A program made the translations under genes and the position numbers. From assembly GCF_001194135.2 (NCBI RefSeq), contig NC_068998.1, positions 31,707,186 through 31,745,520 of the forward strand: a stretch of 38,335 nt of DNA, given 5' to 3'. The first letter of the stretch is position 1, and every line of letters begins with the position of its first letter. This document shows, in pieces, positions 34,414 through 38,335 of this stretch. The notes beneath the pieces were generated by a model. That model made no database searches. It was not told the origin of the DNA and worked only from the letters and a program-made list of their open reading frames with translations. This DNA is from Octopus bimaculoides. Lineage: Eukaryota.

Positions 34414-34565
34414 ATGAAACCAGTTGGTCATTTGGCTATTATGAGATTATAATAGTGTATTTTATTGTTTAAAATTACCTGAATCATTAAAATCTTTAAA
34501 AAATCACAGATATATATATAAGTTTACTACACCTGACCTATGCTGAAGGAAGGAAATATAGCATT
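34414..34565 (+). repeat. ~150-bp direct repeat, copy 1
   Basis: ATGAAACCAGT...GTCATTTGGCTATTATGAGATTAT...AAATCACAGATATA...TGACCTATGCTGAAGGA...ATAGCATT is shared with 36993-37135. Confidence 0.85.
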
Positions 34566-34653
34566 TCACATCATTAGTAAAGTTTGTATTGGAATTGGCA
34601 AATGCACATGATAACACTAATTTGTAAACTCTACAAAATAAGGTGATAAAATA

Positions 34654-35972
34654 TGAGAGGGTACCCAAATGTAACACTGGACGCATCCACTGTAGGGAAA
34701 GCCTGCTGTAGTTCAGGCTTTTGCCTCTAGAAGCCACTTGATGCAACCCTCAGGTATCAGTCTGCTGACCAGCATCTTTCTATGAAGTCATGTTGCTACG
34801 TAGTGCGTCAGTTTTGCAGTGTTTCTCCCCTGTTAGTTAATCTTTGCGATGGCTGAAACACAGGAACAGCATTCTTCTATGAAATTCAGTTTTCTGCTGG
34901 GGAAAACAGCTATCAAAACGGTTGTCATGCTTCAGACTGCTTACAAGGGTACTGCCATGAGCAAAACATAAGTTTATGAGTGGTTTTCATGCTTTAGGAA
35001 TGGTCCCTTGTCGCTTGAAGACCAACCTCTGTCAGGGCAACTGTCGACCTCCCAAACAAATGAAAACAGCATGAAAATTCATGAACTGATCTTGGAAGAC
35101 CATTGCCAAACAATTGGCAAACTTGTTGATATGACTGGTGTGTCCAGGAGTTCCTGCCAATGAATTTTGAGTGAGGAATTGTGAATGTAAAAAGTTGCAG
35201 CAATATTTGTGCATTGCTTGCTCACAGAAGATCAAAAGCAGTCATGACTGAATGCATGTCATGAATTGAAAGAACGGCTGATAGTTGATCTGAACCTCTT
35301 TTTGAAGGTCATTATTGGTGACAAAAGCTGCTGCTAAGTCTGTGATCTGGAAATGAAGCAACAATCAAGGCAATGGAAGTATTCCATGTCACCATGCCCC
35401 CAAAAAGCATATCAAGTGAAGTCCAATGTCATGACGATGCTGGTTTGTTTAATTGATGCAAAAAAAATTGTCTGCACAGAATTTGTTTCTCTTGGTCAAA
35501 CTGTTAGCCAGATGTCTTACTTGATAGTTCTGAAGTGTTTGTGAGACACAGTGAAATGAAAACGCCCTGACCTGTGGTGAAGTGGAGAGTGGTGGTTTCA
35601 TCACAACAATGTGCCTGTGCACACCACCTTGAATGTGAGATAGTTTTTGACCAAAAATGGCATGACTCTGCATAACCACTCTCCCTATTCATCCAATTTT
35701 ACTCCCTGCAACTTTTTTTGCCCCTCTGAATGTAAAAAGTCCTTAAAGGAAAACGTTTTGTAGATGTGGAAGAGGTGAAGAAAAATGTTGTAGGCATTAA
35801 AAGGCATCACTTTGCAAGAGTTCCATGATTGCTTTGAGCAGTGGAAAATGTGTCTGGACCAATGCATTGCTTCAAATGGTGAATACTTTGAAGGCAATAA
35901 AAGTGTAAACATGTAAATCTAAGTGAATAAAATCATATTGTAAAATTCTGGTTTCTTTTGGGTAACCCCTCA
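34654..35972 (+). mobile_element. Full-length mariner (DD34D) fossil, 1319 bp, with TIRs and TA TSDs; decayed CDS ~34849-35916
   Basis: Left TA-TGAGAGGGTACCCAAA, right reverse complement TA-TGAGGGGTTACCCAAA. Motifs LGKTA..T..MLQTAY...AMSKT*VYEWF, IIGDKS, HHNNVPVHT, PYSSNFTPCNFF, CIASNGEYFEG. Confidence 0.92.
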
Positions 35973-36840
35973 TATATTCTGTTCCATACATACACAGTAA
36001 ATGTGAGTAATGATTTTATATTTCATCTCTGTGAACTATACTAATGTTTTCCATCTCATTTAGTGAAGTTTATTAATGTTTAAGATCAACATTAATCAAT
36101 CCACATGGTGTACATTGTGCTTTGTGAGTTTATTTAGAAAGTGACAGGAAACATTTTAATTCTTCCTTATACACACAGACTTAAGTAAAATGTTTATACT
36201 CTCTTTCATTTTATTGTTACATTTTATTACTTCCTTTCATTATATTATTCCATTTTATTTTATTATTTCATAACAAATCATTGTGTAATGTTTTTTCCAT
36301 AAATCTCTTTAGACGAAATTATAAACAATCAGATAAGTCTAGTTATACAATTTTATTATCTTAACAACTAAATACTCTTCAGCTTTTATTATGGATCTCT
36401 CTGGACAAATTTATAAACAACCAATGTATTATCTTAACGATTATGCACTCTTCAGCTTATCCTCCAACTTCCTTTTCTTTTTGCATCAGTTCTTTAATCT
36501 GATGGATGCTGTCTTTATTCAAGGAGAAAGCTTTAAACAAAATATATGAGATGAAATGAATATGAAAAATTAAAGAACTCTGTTATTTTTATCAGCATGG
36601 AAATTATCTGATAGTGTTCCACCCAACAATTTGACTGCTGAGGTATTAGAAACATTTGACTTCCATAGATGAATGGTGCAAATAGTAAGAAAAAGTTAAG
36701 AATTAATTCGTTCTGATGTAATTGTGAAGGCATATATAAGTCTAATGGATTTCCTGATGAAGATGAAACAAGAAACCAGCAAACAAGATTTCTCCCTCTT
36801 CTCTGTTAGGAGGCACAAGTATTTTCATACACATGTACAC

Positions 36841-36985
36841 ACACGATGGCAACTTCTGCCTTTCAAATTCAGTCACAAGTCTTTGGCTGGCCCAAGATTA
36901 TAGCAGAAGACACCTGCCCAAGGTGCCATGTAGTGGGATTGAACCTGAAATCATGGGGTTTATAAGCAAGCTTCCCAACCACACA
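36841..36985 (-). mobile_element. SINE family A, 5' part
   Basis: GAAGACACCTGCCCAAGGTGCCATGTAGTGGGATTGAACC is the reverse complement of the head. Confidence 0.8.
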
Positions 36986-36992
36986 TGTTGTA

Positions 36993-37135
36993 ATGAAACC
37001 AGTCAGTCATTTGGCTATTATGAGATTATTATAATGTATTTCATTATTTAAAATAACCTGAACCACTAAAGTTTCTAAAAATCACAGATATACGTAAGTT
37101 TGCTACTCATGACCTATGCTGAAGGAGATAGCATT
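36993..37135 (+). repeat. ~150-bp direct repeat, copy 2
   Basis: See 34414-34565. Confidence 0.85.
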
Positions 37136-38189
37136 GATAAAGTTGATCACACAATGATATGTCACACACTTGGTATAGTTGGCAATCAAGGAGATGACTG
37201 AATGACTTTTTAAAAGTAGGAATCAGGCTGCTGCAGCTGACAACCATCTCTCATAAGAGACATCAGTTCCAAGTGGAGCCCCACTGGGAATTATACTGCT
37301 ACCATCCTCACTAACTAAGTGACAATACAAAAGTATCACAGGTAGTCAAGAAGCAAGATGATAATGTGAAACTAAAGAAAGACCTGAACAGAATATACAT
37401 GTTGGAATATATCAAAATATAAAAGCATGCTCGTAGATTTTTATAGTATTTGAGACATACATGTTGCAGTATAGCAGTAATAGCCTTCTGTAAACAAGGT
37501 TTGTCATTCATTTGCAGTCTGTGTGACCATACATATACATGCAAACACATATACACAACTATTTACATGCAGAGACATACACAGGTGCACATACAGTCAC
37601 ACATTTGTAGATATATATGTGTGCAGACTTTTATATATGCTAGTGGCTGTTGTTATTATTGTTGTTATTACTACTACATAGATGTAAGGCCTTTCATTTT
37701 CTTCATTCTCTCAATTATATGTGTAGGGTGATGATGTGTGTATGAGTGCATGTAACTATGTCTAAATATATATATGTTCATCACTGCTTTCCCCAATTTT
37801 AATTCTTTCTCTCTTAATACTATCCTATTGTTTCACCTTCAATCAGTCCCTGTTCTGCTATACCATTGTGCTTGCCTAAAATATGCATGGCAAAGGTACA
37901 TAGACCCATGCAACAACCATCATGTCATACTTTTTGCTACTAAGACCAAGGAAACATGCTAAAACTCATTACACAAAAGCACCAATCAGATTCCATTACA
38001 GAACCAATTGGACTGCAAAACATGCATTTGTCATATGAAATTAAAAAATAACAATTGCATTTTCTGCATTTCTTTTTACTATGTAACATGACTTGAACAC
38101 TGCATGTTAGCCTTGCTAGAGATATGATGATTATCAATGTAGAGTATAAGAATACACTGTGGAAGCATTTAAATTATATATATATATAT

Positions 38190-38300
38190 ATCATCATCAT
38201 CATCATCATCATCATCGTTTAACGTCCGCTTTCCATGCTGGCATGGGTTGGACGATTTGACTGAGGACTGGTGAAACCGGATGGCAACACCAGGCTCCAA

Positions 38301-38306
<6 letters not shown>
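38190..38306 (-). mobile_element. RTE 3' tail, young copy
   Basis: 38207-38306 is 98/100 identical to 7715-7814. Confidence 0.85.

Positions 38307-38335
<29 letters not shown>

Overview
AT-rich, microsatellite-rich animal genomic scaffold with 7 N-gaps. The SINE and RTE-tail families look like octopus (coleoid cephalopod) repeats; this is recognition from memory, not a database result. I found no intact, recognisable host protein-coding gene. The window is largely a nested graveyard of transposable elements: a Gypsy LTR 5' end (tRNA-Trp primer-binding site plus gag with one in-frame stop), at least five coding fragments of Penelope-like elements (RT and GIY-YIG), a Merlin/IS1016-type transposase remnant inside a TIR pair, four Tc1/mariner fossils, RTE and R4/Dong-type LINE remnants, and many copies of two tRNA-headed SINE families. 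The most interesting signals are structured-RNA candidates. First, a minimal type I hammerhead ribozyme with a non-canonical core (CUGUUGA) at 4259-4295, plus decayed hammerhead-like motifs downstream of three GIY-YIG fragments. Second, a CpG-rich 62-bp tandem array attached to an RTE 3' tail in which consensus-type units carry two back-to-back perfect hairpins. Third, a 59-nt pre-miRNA-shaped hairpin at 11982-12040. All alignments and translations were done by eye, and many boundaries are approximate.
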